64,000 bases of DNA from Podarcis cretensis (taxonomy: Eukaryota): NCBI GenBank assembly GCA_951804945.1, contig OX638152.1, positions 66,216,001 to 66,280,000 on the forward strand, in the 5' to 3' direction. Positions within the stretch are counted from its first letter, which is position 1. Each line of letters starts with the position of its first letter. The translations under genes were made by a program, and so were the position numbers. Positions 53,183-64,000 of the stretch are shown one piece after another. The notes under the pieces were generated by a model that was not told where the DNA came from, did not search any database, and was given only the letters and a program-made list of their open reading frames with translations.

Positions 53183-54298
53183 TGAATGCATTCATTTTGT
53201 GACAGTTGTAGTCTGTCCTTTCTCTAAGAAGGTCAGGGTGGCATTTTAGTTTCACTGCACTGTGAGGCAAGTTAACCTGAAAGATGACGATCCCAGGCTC
53301 CCTAGTTTGCTTCATGGCAGCTAGCTGCTCACTGCTTAAAGTAGTATGCAGGAATAGAAAGACCTTGTCCTGACCCAGGAAGGCAATTATATTTTTGTTG
53401 CAGTATGAATATTTAAACCTGAGTATCCCATGCCCAATCTGCCACTGGATATAATGTTAAGGGTCTCCTCTTCACTCCAGGAGCAGAGGAAGTCAGCTTC
53501 TAATGCACTCCCTGCCACATTACTTTCTCCAATAGGGTCAGGAAGGTCAGCTACCATTAACACAGTTGCACAGCACAACAACGAAAGGTATCTATCATTT
53601 CCTCCTTGTCAGGCTTGACGTTACATGCTTTAACTAATGAGAACAGTGCAGGCATCTATCCTCTGGGAATCTGTCCCTGAAAAAGGAAGCAAAATAGGCA
53701 GCCCGCACTGCCCAACTGATGAATTCAGTGGGACTGGTGGAGCACACATCCTTTTTCTGTTTCCTCCCTGTTTAACAGCAGGGCAAGATGCAGAAAGAAA
53801 CCGGGGGGGGGGGGAGGGGAGGGGATGGGGACGGGGACGGGACGACGAATCTGCATTCAGCTCTTCATTTGCCCATGTGCATAAACACAGTGCAACTAGG
53901 GTTACTTGTATTCTCTCTCCTCCCTGAGGCAGATAGCTTCCTAACCAGAAAATGGTCTGATCTCTCGTAGTCTCTTAGCTATGCTTAGAGAGACAGAGGT
54001 AATGTGTGTCCACTTAACCAGAGCACACCTTTCCTCATGGAACAGAACTCAATTCCAGATGAAAGAGGCTGTTTCCCTGTTTCCATCCCCACCTCCTTTT
54101 CATTCCCAGAAGTAGAAAGCAGTCTGTCTTGCATGCTCCAGAGCAGAGCAGCTCCTTTCTCGAAGCAGCTTCCGTAGCCATTTTCTCCCTCCCTTGCCCA
54201 GGAGCAAAGAGAAAGAAAATCAATTGAGTACTAGTTTTCTTTACCGGGGGGGAAAAGAAAAAAACCCAGAGCATTTTAACACAGAGAGATTGCATCAA

Positions 54299-54464
54299 GG
54301 GCCATAGCTTGATGCTAGAGCATCTGGCTTACATACAGAAGGTCCCAGGTCCAAGTATAGGCTGGTAATATTGCCTGCCTGAAACCCTGGAGAGCAGCTG
54401 CCAGTCAGTGTAGACAGTACTGAGAGGGACCAGTGGTCTCACTCTGTTAAAACAAGTTCCTGTG
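54299..54464 (+). mobile_element. Old tRNA-derived SINE (related copies at ~14100-14250, ~24430-24600 and, reversed, ~23390-23730)
   Basis: gggccatagct...tagagcatctg...gaaggtcccagg head, and a shared body cctgaaaccctggagagc.gctgccagtcagtgtagaca.tactgag. Confidence 0.6.
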
Positions 54465-54710
54465 ATAAGTGTTGTTTTCTGACAAATGTTTAGATCAGTT
54501 GGCATATGCTATGTTCCTCTCATGATGTGTGGTGGAGTGGTGGAGTTCCCCCAGTCCAAATGTGAGCTCCCCTTCCCCCTTTCCTGTCCCATGGAACTTG
54601 GAGCTTCAGAAGCAGCATTCTCTTGAAATGCTGGATAAATTAAAATGTGGATTAACTCTTTGTTACAGAAACCTACTTCCGTATAATAACATCTATTTCT
54701 CCTTAAATAG

Positions 54711-54725
54711 GGCCTGGAAATCTGA
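54711..54725 (+). CDS. BCLAF3: BCLAF3 probable last coding exon (GLEI*), followed by 3'UTR; AATAAA at 55116-55121
   Basis: tttctccttaaatag| acceptor; short in-frame tail similar in size to the orthologue's final peptide. Confidence 0.6.
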   Translation, partial: GLEI

Positions 54726-57700
54726 GCTGCAGTACTGAAGGCAGTATCTCTGATTATGATGATCGTTGCAAGGGAGCATCCAATTGCATTTGTCAAGAAC
54801 GGAAATGGGAAAAGCAAAACTAATACTTTAATTTTTCTTGATAAAGATAATTTTATTTTTCATTAGTGGGATGTTGCAGAACTTTTTTACAGTTTTAATA
54901 ATGGCTTTTCGAATACAGTATTCAACTGAACATTGTAGGGTTGCTCCTTTTACTTCCTCTTGCCGGCAAGTCAGAGAAAACAACAACCTGAAGGGAGTCT
55001 TTATTTATTGAATATTTCCCCCTCTATTTTCCCCTCACTCTAAGCATGGTTTTATTACTAGACATTGAGTTGTTATACACAGAAGTTTATATGTTTAAAG
55101 TTTATTTGCTTATATAATAAAAATGAAAAAGTGCCTATTGCCATGAGTATCTTATGATTTCTCTAAGCAATTACTTTTGAATTGCTATAGCTCTGCTCAC
55201 CTAGAGGTTTACTTAATACTGAATACAGAAATAGCCAATGTGGTGCCCTCCACAGGTTGTGGGACTCATCTCCCATGAGCCCTAGCCAGCATGTCCAGCA
55301 GTAAGGGATGTTAAGAGTTGGAGTCCAACAATATCAGTAGGATTCTATGTTTAATAAATTTGGTTACATTCTGTTAACGCAAAAATGAAATTTGCCGGAA
55401 AACCTCTAGCCAGCTCAGAGCTGTTAAAAAACCAGTAGAAAATGTGGATCATGGAGTGCGTGTGGATGACACCCAACATTTTGCAAATGGTCTTTCGCTT
55501 GTGCAACAGTACTTTTTTTTTTTTTTGCACCCTTCCTCCAAATCTGTTCTGCAGTATCCCCAACCTTAGATCAGATAAGTGGAAGGTAGAGGGGCTTTAG
55601 TGGGAAGATGGAATCGATTCCACCAGTGGTGTCCATTCTGCAGACGGATGAATAATTGTATTTCAAACCTTGTTGCAATGGAGTAAGATTGTAACTTGGA
55701 TCACGGAAGCTGCATGATATATGCAGCTTTATCTCTGGGTCCACTTTTGTAATAGTGAATGGTGTCTCCAGGTTCCCAAAGTGCTACACTGAGTACAACT
55801 GTCTAATAATGCTTTCATAGTATTATGAACTGTGGCATGTCTTACAGCAGCACTGAAAGCTGTAGGCATCCCCATAAGCTCCAACCCTTCATTCACAGCC
55901 TCTTGCTCTTAAACTCAAGCCAAGGCCATTTGAAAAAACAAGATGTTGGGAATAAGAAGAGCTGCATGTGGTTACTACATTGCAATGCATGACTAGTGTA
56001 TTGTGGGGCAATGGATACAAATCGGAATATGAGTAAACAACTGAAACTTGTTGCATCTGAAATAAAAGTAAAAGACAGAAAGTCACTGTGAGAACAAACA
56101 TAATTCACAGAACAGAAGGTAACATTACTGGGTAATGAGACTTTAATTTCATTATAGTGAGCAGAAAAAATAGGCCCTAGAAGCCAAAAAAGCACACCTG
56201 TTTTCTTTTTTTAATCAGAAGGATGCAGATGGTGATATAAGTTTTTAGGATATGACAGTTAAAATTCTGGAGTGTATATCACAGAAGTGCTACTGTACTA
56301 TATTTCATAGGCTCATGTATTTTCAGGAGCAAATAAAGCACCTGTCTGTTTTCTGTTTGTCTGGTAACACTTGTTAGTGAAGTAGGAGGCCTCTGAGCTG
56401 CTTAATTATTATTTTTTAAAGTTTTTTAGGAGTTGGGGAAATAATAAAATACAAATATTTCCCCCCGCCTCTTTAATTTTTGCAGATGTATAAAGTACCC
56501 AATGTAAAAAGCGGTAAAAAGGATCTGTACAAATGATTGCTTTTCTGCAGTTGTTGGACAAGCTGTACCTGCCAAAATGCTCTCTTCTATACAACGACTG
56601 TTAACCATAGAAGAACAAAATTCTGCATTTACACTTCCTGTTCTACCGGATATGTATGCCAGAGTGTCTTCTCACAGTAACAAAAGGAGGTTGCAGTTAG
56701 CCAGATCTAAGCCTTGTAAGTTTCTTCCCTAATTATAATACATTATAAGTTTCTTTCGATCATAACAGAACTGAGTCTATTCATAACAACTGTCACTGGT
56801 GCATTTTTATCACACTTGGCCTACTTTTGTTGAGTTTCCCTATAACACAATCTTTCCATTTTAAAATAAGTGAGCTGTGAAGAATCCAGGTCTACATATA
56901 AAACATTTGTCCTCCACAAAATACAATTCTGAATTCTTATGTGCAAAGTTCTGATAATTCATTGAAGCAAGTATCCTACCAACAGATGGGAAAGAGAGAG
57001 TTTATTAGGCCTTTAATTTAGATGGTGATGATTAATCCCTAGCAAGCTGTACTATAAACATTTCTTTACTTCAGCATCTCTTAAGTTGTATTTTGATGTC
57101 ATAAGAATGTAAAAGTGTAATAGTGCTGAAGTTCATTGCTGATATGTTATTTATGCAGTCCCATGCTGTAAATGATCCATGCTGTGATTTTAACTAGAAA
57201 TTCTTTGACGGTTTTTTGGATTTCTAGGAATGGCTGTGGCAGCTGTAACTGTATAAATGCAAACTATTTTATTCCCCAAGCCTTTAACAATTAGGCATTT
57301 ATTTATTTAATAGTTAAATGGGATCAAGCTTTAAGGCCTTTTTTAATTTAAAAAATCTGCAAAAATGTGATAATATAAATGTATGTACAGTATACCAATG
57401 AGAGGGGAACTGTCCCCAGAAGGATGTGATTTGCCATTGCTGAAAATAATAAGCTTGGCTAAAGGGACATTTAGTCTGTTCCAACAGATCCATTCTTATG
57501 TTAGGTTCTGGTTCTTGGCACGATATCAGAAGATGAGATGGTGAAGGCATATGGACCTTCTCACCCCTATCTGTCATTTATAACTAGGAGGGCTCGGCCC
57601 CTCTGCTCACCATCTCACCCCACCCCCACCCCATAGTAACACCAAAGACTTCCTTTCCAACCCACGGAACTATTGCACCCCCTTTTCAGTTCCCCAACTC

Positions 57701-58312
57701 TGTTTCTGAGGTCTCCTCTCTTGGGACTGGCACTTTTAAACAATGACAGAGATTTGAGTAAAGCAGGGGAAGCAGGATTCTGAGGGGTTGCCTTGTTAAG
57801 GAAAACAAGCAAGGATAAATAGAGATGGGCATAACACGGAAGCAAGCACCAAGAAATTCGCACAACAGAACCTTTCCCAACTCCCTTCTCACTGTACTCA
57901 AATCTTTTTTAAAACTACCACTTTCCACACCTCAGTGATCACTCTACTGAAGCCTCTGCCATTGTTTACAATCACAATTTTTCCTCCTTTCAGTTTCCTT
58001 CCAAGGATGTGGAGCCCTCAAGTATTCCACTATATGAATGCTTTCTTTACTCAAACACCTGTTGTTTTAAGCCACCACTTTTCACCTGTCAGGGTCCGTT
58101 CCTCCTCACTCTCATGCCATGGCTGTTATAACTGGTCTACTCTTTTGCTCCCCTTCCCAATCCTGACTTCATGCAAATCCAGGTTTGTGATGCAACACTA
58201 TAAATCCTCCACTGGGGGCTGTGTGATGACCGCATGATATTTTTATGTATACAGGGAGATGTAAGATGTACCAGTTTACTTGCTGCTGCTTCTAGTTTGG
58301 TTATACCGCACT

Positions 58313-59553
58313 TCTGCAAATGTAAGCTTCTACACTTAGGCAGAAAGAACCAGTGGCACAAATATATGATAGGGGACACCTGGCTTGCCAGTAGTACATG
58401 TGTAAAGGATCTAGCGGTCTTAGTAGACCACAAGATTAACATGAGTCAACAGTGTGATGCAGCAGCAAAAAAGAAAAAGCTAATACTGTTCTAGTCTGCA
58501 GCAATGGAATTAAGAGTCCCAATCAAGGGAAGTCATAGTCCCATTCTGTTGTTTAGTCATTTTGTCGTGTCCGACTCTTCGTGACCCCATGGGCCAGAGC
58601 ACGCCAGGCACTCCTGTCTTCTACTGCCTCCCGCAGTTTGGTCAAACTCATGCTGGTAGCTTCGAGAACACTGTCCAACCATCTCGTCCTCTGTCGCCCC
58701 CTTCTCCTTGTGCCCTCCATCTTTCCCAACATCGGTCTTTTCCAGGGAGTCTTCTCATGAGGTGGCCAAAGTATTCGAGTCTCAGCTTCATGATCTGTCC
58801 TTCCAGTGAGCACTCAGGGCTGATTTCCTTCAGAATGGATAGGTTTGATCTTCTTGCAGTCCATGGGACTTTCAAGAGTCTCCTCCAGCACCATAATTCA
58901 ACAGCATCAATTCTTCGGCGAACAGCCTTCTTTATGGTCCAGCTCTCACTTCCATACATCACTGCTGGGAAAACCATAGCTTTAACTATACAGACCTTTG
59001 TTGGCAAGGTGATGTCTCTGCTTTTTAAGATGCTGTCTAGATTTGTCATCGCTTAGAACGGGAGTAGCCCTGTTCTGTTCTGCCTTAATCAGACCCCCAC
59101 CTGGAGTACTGTATATAGTCCTGGGCACTACAATTTAAAGAGGATATTTGCAAGCTGGAACGTGTGCAGAGGAGGGTGACCATGATGATCAAGGGTCTGG
59201 AAAACAAGCCTTAAGAGGAACAGTTGAGGGAATGGGGTATGTTTACCCATCTTCAACTATCTAAAGGACTGTCATATGGAGGATGGAGCAAGCTTGTTTT
59301 CTCCAGCTTCAGAGCCTAGGACCCAAACAAAAGGATTCAAGTTACAAAATACAAGATTCCTACTAAACATCAGTAAGAGCTGTTCAACATTGGAACAGTT
59401 TCTCTCAGAAGGTGATGAACTCTCCTTCTTTTTAAGCAGAAGGTTTTAGGCAGAGGTTGGATGGCCACCCCTCATGTATGCATTAGTTGAGATTCCTGCA
59501 TTGCAGGGCATTGGACTAGGTGACCCTCGGGATCCCTTTCAACTCTACAATTC
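58313..59553 (+). mobile_element. Decayed CR1 LINE 3' fragment (58313-58550 and ~59065-59553), interrupted by Bov-B
   Basis: Peptide KCKLLHLGRKNQ.HKY..G...L.SST..KDLAVLVDHK.NMSQQCDAAAKK, then cacctggagtactg...aagctggaacgtgtgcagaggagggtgacc, and the CR1 3' end ttggactaggtgaccctcgggatccctttcaactctac. Confidence 0.85.
58551..59054 (-). mobile_element. Bov-B (RTE) LINE 3' fragment, 5'-truncated and frameshifted
   Basis: The minus-strand ORF NLDSILKSRDITLPTKV.IVKAMVFP.VMYG.ESWTIKKA.RRRIDA.ELWCWRRLL.VPWTARRSN.SILKEISP..SLEG is the Bov-B ORF C-terminus; it ends GVTKSRTR followed by a (CAA)-type tail. Confidence 0.93.
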
Positions 59554-62500
59554 ACTTTTTCCCTATAGAAGTGATTAACTATGTATGGGAGAAAGAAAAG
59601 AACTTCATTTGGAAATAGTGCTTGATAAGCAAAAACTTGCTTCTTGGACTTAGATGGGATAAACTCTGCCTCCAGTAGTATTCCTTAAAGTGTGTAAGAG
59701 GTCAATGTGTCCTTTGCTTCGGAAATAGTGTGATTTCCTCATGGACATCTTGCACCTTGGTTACTGATGTAATTAACACAACCCAACTCCCTTCTCACTG
59801 TACAGTGTGCAACGTGTCTTTGTGTCCTCTAGAGGGCCACCTCACACACAAAAAATGGCTCAGGGTGATCCACATTCATTTCCTCTGCTTTCAGGGTCTT
59901 TGCAAATCATAGATCTTCCTCACTTTCTGTTATAATAGACACACCAGTAACAACAGAAAAGATGCACAAGTTGCCAGCTTCTTGCCTTGCTATTAACCAG
60001 CAATCAGGACTCTGTCACAGCAGCAACAATGAGAACAAAGGTACCTGCTGCTTTTCTTCCCCACCCTTCCACCTTGCACCTTCAGATTATTTTATAAATT
60101 GTAGCCAGACCCATATTGAGGCATGGCCCAGATATAGCCTAGCCCTGGCTAGGAAACCACCACCCCCAGCCCCGTTATGAGGTGGCAAGGGTTTTGCTGC
60201 TGCTTACATTGCTTGCAGCAGCATGGGGACCAGGCTTAACCGCACTATCCCAGCTGGCCACATGTGAAAAGCTGGGATTCTGCAGTTGGAGAGCCTAGCC
60301 CTTGCACCACTCCAAATGAGCTGGTGCCCACAGGGACTGGCAGGGTGGGAGGCAGGGAGGCCAACGGCAGATGGAGCCAGAGCCAATGGCAGGCAGAGCC
60401 AACTCATTCTAGTTCTGTCCCCATGCTCCTCACTGCGGAGTGTTACAGGGATAAAACAGAAACTATGTGAGAGGAAGCTGACAGGTAGTGTCACCCCTTG
60501 GGCTGGCTGTAGGAAGGCAGGGAGGTGAGGGCCAGTTGAAAGCAGTCTGAGGTTGGTGGGGCAGTGCCCCATGTATCCAAACTGACCACTGCATCTGACT
60601 CAGGGCAGAAGGGAAGCAAGGTAATTTCCCTTCCTCCCTGGAGCCGCTGAGGCATTTTAAATGTGTGTGGTTGGCTTTGTCTGCGTTTGGGTTTGGAAAG
60701 GGGCAAAAGAAACCAGCTACCTCATCAAACAGTCAGACCCCACCATATCTGGAAGTGAATTGTACTCTCTATATTAAATTTAAAAATCAATACGGTATAA
60801 TGGGAAAGTGAGGAGAGGGGGTCTGTGTTTTCTGTGTGAGACTTGATGTGTTTGGGGATGGTGTGTGTATGTGTAGTTGAGTGTAGGATGAGAGGATTTG
60901 TGTGTTAAGAGTTGAGGGGTCCCCGCCCCCGAGAAGGTCTTTAAAGAGAGAAACTGCATTCAAAGGAGTACTTTTATGCGATGAGGATCAAACGTCCATC
61001 GTCTTGGCACTTGGGTTCTGAGACAAGTTACACGTCTTCTAGTGTCACCAGTGTTCTTCTTGTGAAATGGACCTCTTTTAGAGCAGAAAACGATGGGTTG
61101 AAATAAGTGGCTTGCACATTTGGTATTCGGGGTTCAGACCCAACCTCTGACTTATACTTATTCAGTTTGTGATCCTGGCCAATAATCTCCCATCTAGTCC
61201 AGCACCTGGTTTGCAGCAGTAGCCAGCCAAACGCCTTTGAGAAATTAAAGAGCAGAGCATTTACCTATTCCATCATCAGCATTTGGTATTGAGGCAGAGA
61301 GAATGTGTGTTATGGCTCCTCTATATTACTGCTGCCAAATTCCTAATTGTGAGGCTTTCTTCCAGTGTGTAAATGTCATGGAATGTGACTTTAAGCAACA
61401 TCACTGTGTGTTCTGCATGCACACATATGGAAAATACACAAGTGTTGTAGTGGTGCATGCTATGTCCACAAATGATCATGAACTCCAGCAGAATTTATTG
61501 GGCTTCATGGAGATAAAATTTTCTAGATACACCCAACTATAGTGCAATATTTGCATGAAGGAACCAGCAGCTCTAATCTGTTCTCCTACGTTTTCAAGCA
61601 GGTATGACTCATTTAAGCAAACGGTGTTTAATCCAGTTCCTCGAATCACAGTCCTGTTTACTACTTGCCATAGCATTTTGGGGACTCCAGCAGAGGACTT
61701 TCATATCACCCACTGCCTGGTCCTTTTCCAGGAATTGAGAAGTGCATCTAGATCCAGATTAATGTCATAATTCAGATCAGGAGGTATTTTATTAATAAGT
61801 AAACACACATCTATGTACAACACCCATCAACTGAACTCAACCTTGTCTAACTGACAAAGCTGAAAGGTTGGCTCTTACAATATTCTATTCATTCAAGATG
61901 CCGTCACATATTATTGTCAAGGGCTGAACCTTCTGCACGCAGAACATGTGTTCTACAACTGAGCTATGGCCCTTTAAAATACTCAGCTCTTCTTGCCATT
62001 TGAATTTTGAATAAATCTTAAGAATGTTGCCCCTCCTCCATTTAAATCTGCTTTTCTTGTCTCCTCCTCATGGCGGCCTTGAAAACAGGATGTCACAGAC
62101 CCGTTCCTGCCATGCACATGGCCTAAGAATAATTGTCGCACTGTAGACACGCATTTTAAAAAGCACTCCGCAGTCCCCCTTGCTTCCCCCGCCGGCACTC
62201 ATCTGCTCCGGCGTGCCGTGTGGCTGTGCGCGTGCTGCTTTGGCTTTGAAACCGCGTCCTTTTGCCAGGAAACCCAATTCTGCCCCGGTTGGCAGGATCC
62301 CGCCCCCGGGCGCCTCTTACACCGCGCGAGGCGGTTTTTTGTGGGTGTGGCGGGACACGCGGCCAGTGTTGTGGGAGAAGTGGCCGGCGCCTGAAAAGCA
62401 CCCGCGTCTCCGTGAACGAGGCAGTCCCCCTCCCGGGACTGCACTGGGCTTCTCCCCGCGCCGGACAGCCTGCTCCAAGGGCGCCTCCCCAACCCCATTC

Positions 62501-63337
62501 CCACCCTGCAGGCGCGCAAAGCGCCGCGCCCCGCAAGGGAGGTTTCTGCCGGGCGCGTGGGTCGCCACGCATTGCATACAGGGGGCTCCACAACAAGCGC
62601 CTCCCTCTTTCCTACGAGGATGATGATTACTACTATCCCTGTATGATTGTTGGAAGGGAGATTAGGCCCCACGAAGCTCGCCCTGTGGCCCTGCATGCCC
62701 ACCGCCCCTCAGCGGGCGACGCGCGTCCGGTTTTCTCCAGGCAGCTGCCGCCGCTGCTCGTCCAAAGGCGGCGCGCCGAGGCCGCCGCGGCGCGTTCTCG
62801 CGACACTTTCCCTTCTCGCTAGCGGTTATCTCGACGTTGTGGTGAAACCGGCGCCAGCCCGCTAAGCGAAGCGAGCCCGTTTTGCAGTAGCGCCTGCCGC
62901 TGCCGCCTCGGTTGTCCTGGGAAAGGGCGACGTCGCCGCCGCCGCCGCCGCCACCCCTCAGCCTCCCCATTCCCTTCCCGAGAACCGCCACCGCCTCCCC
63001 CTCCGCTCTTGTTCCCGCCCTGGCGCGCGCGGGCGCGCGCAACCACATCCACACGCGCACACTCGGCTCTCTCTCTCTCTCGCAGCCCCAGGTAGAACTC
63101 GGCTGCCTTCGCCCGCTCCTCTCCGCGCATCCCTCAGATTTGCAGGTGGCGTGTCAGGTGTTTCGCTTCGTGGTTCTCTTCTTCGCCGCCCCACCCCTTC
63201 CTCTTTTGACGCCAGGAAAAGCCTTTTTATTTTTTTTATTTTTTCTCGCTTGCGGGGGAAGCTTTTCGGAGCAGGAAATAAGATGCAGCGTCTCTGTTCT
63301 TCTTGCAACGGGCACTGACTAGCCGAGAGGAAGCCAC

Positions 63338-63402
63338 GAAGAAGAAGCAGCAGCAGCAGCTACAACGGGCGGAGGAGGAGGAGGAGGAGGAGGAGAGGAG
63401 GG
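63338..63402 (+). repeat. Compound trinucleotide tract (GAA)n(GCA)n...(GGA)n in the SH3KBP1 5' leader
   Basis: gaagaagaagcagcagcagcagc...ggaggaggaggaggaggaggaggagaggagg. Confidence 0.8.
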
Positions 63403-63509
63403 CAGCTTCCCGTCATCTGCACCGCCGCCTGGCTCGCCTCCTCTCCCTGCCAGACCTGCAGCCACCTCAAAACTTTCAGCTTGTCTGGCGGAGCCCCAAC
63501 GCGACATCA

Positions 63510-63513
63510 ATGG
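63510..63513 (+). CDS. SH3KBP1: SH3KBP1 (CIN85) first coding exon: only ATG+G before the intron
   Basis: catcaATGG|gtgagt, a consensus donor directly after the start codon; fits an M-V... N-terminus split in phase 1; identity is inferred from synteny. Confidence 0.7.
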
Positions 63514-64000
63514 GTGAGTGTGGACGACACCGGCTGGGCTGGGAGTGCGCGGGAGTGCTCGTGCCTGCGCCTATGCCTCCCCTCCCGCTGCCTCCTTCTC
63601 TCTCTCTCTCTCTCTTGGCCAAAGGAGACTTGCTGCGTGGCTCGTTGTAGAGACCAACCTTGCACGAGCCCCTCGACGTCGCTAGCAGGCCGAGGCAGCC
63701 AGGCGCTGCCCTCTGAACCAAGCCTGCAGGGAAAGCCTCACAATGGGATACTGCATTATATTTTGAATAACAGCAATACTAGCAACCACACATCGTGAGG
63801 TAGATCGGCGAACCCCCCCCCCCCCATGTTTCTTTTCTGGGTGTTCGCGTTTCGGTGCAGAGGAGCATCCTGCCTTCTTCTCTTCGGAGACCTTGAACTC
63901 TTCTCTTGCCCCTTCCTCCCTCCCTCCCTCCCTCGGTGTTGACTCTCTTCGCGTCGCGCATGTGGCGAGATGTAACCGGAACCGTGTGAATGAAAGGAGG

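Larger units (their letters stand above)
62170..64000 (+). promoter_or_regulatory. SH3KBP1: CpG island promoter / 5' region of probable SH3KBP1
   Basis: Dense CpG, GC boxes, a near-palindromic TCTCGCGACA (~62796), and (GCC)n, (CAG)n, (GAG)n tracts; the gene recalled as following MAP7D2-BCLAF3 in amniotes is SH3KBP1. Confidence 0.8.

Noticed and set aside
58553-59049. Functional reverse transcriptase gene
   Set aside because: Only the 3' ~500 bp of Bov-B is present, frameshifted and without the RT core.
60180-60620. GC-richer block with several ORFs
   Set aside because: Probably an old transposon remnant; I could not define TIRs, TSDs, splice structure or homology.
62156-63798. Many overlapping ORFs, including a polyQ/polyE peptide
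   Set aside because: CpG-island and triplet-repeat artefacts in the SH3KBP1 promoter and leader.

Overview
This is vertebrate genomic DNA, most likely from a squamate reptile (lacertid-like lizard), judged from its Sauria SINEs, Bov-B, CR1 and Tc1/mariner and hAT MITEs. It carries three intron-containing genes on the + strand, in the order recalled for human Xp22. (1) The 3' part of MAP7D2: 14 coding exons at 375-20342 join into an open 657-aa frame. It has one GC-AG intron, several phase-symmetric cassette exons and a separate 3'UTR exon. (2) An apparently complete BCLAF3 (CXorf23): a CpG-island promoter at ~25.7-26.6 kb and 11 coding exons at 35558-54725 giving ~705 aa. (3) The CpG-island promoter and first exon of probable SH3KBP1, whose coding part is only ATG+G at 63510-63513. 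Most ORFs in the supplied track are spurious. The most unusual structure is a pair of TA-flanked MITEs (17218-17819 and 45100-45592) with shared ends but different internal tandem arrays of GC-rich hairpins. Also noted: candidate truncating or alternative exons, nested transposons, and a decayed Penelope-type hammerhead remnant. No evidence of a novel protein-coding system was found. Gene identities rest on remembered orthologue sequences, not on a database search.
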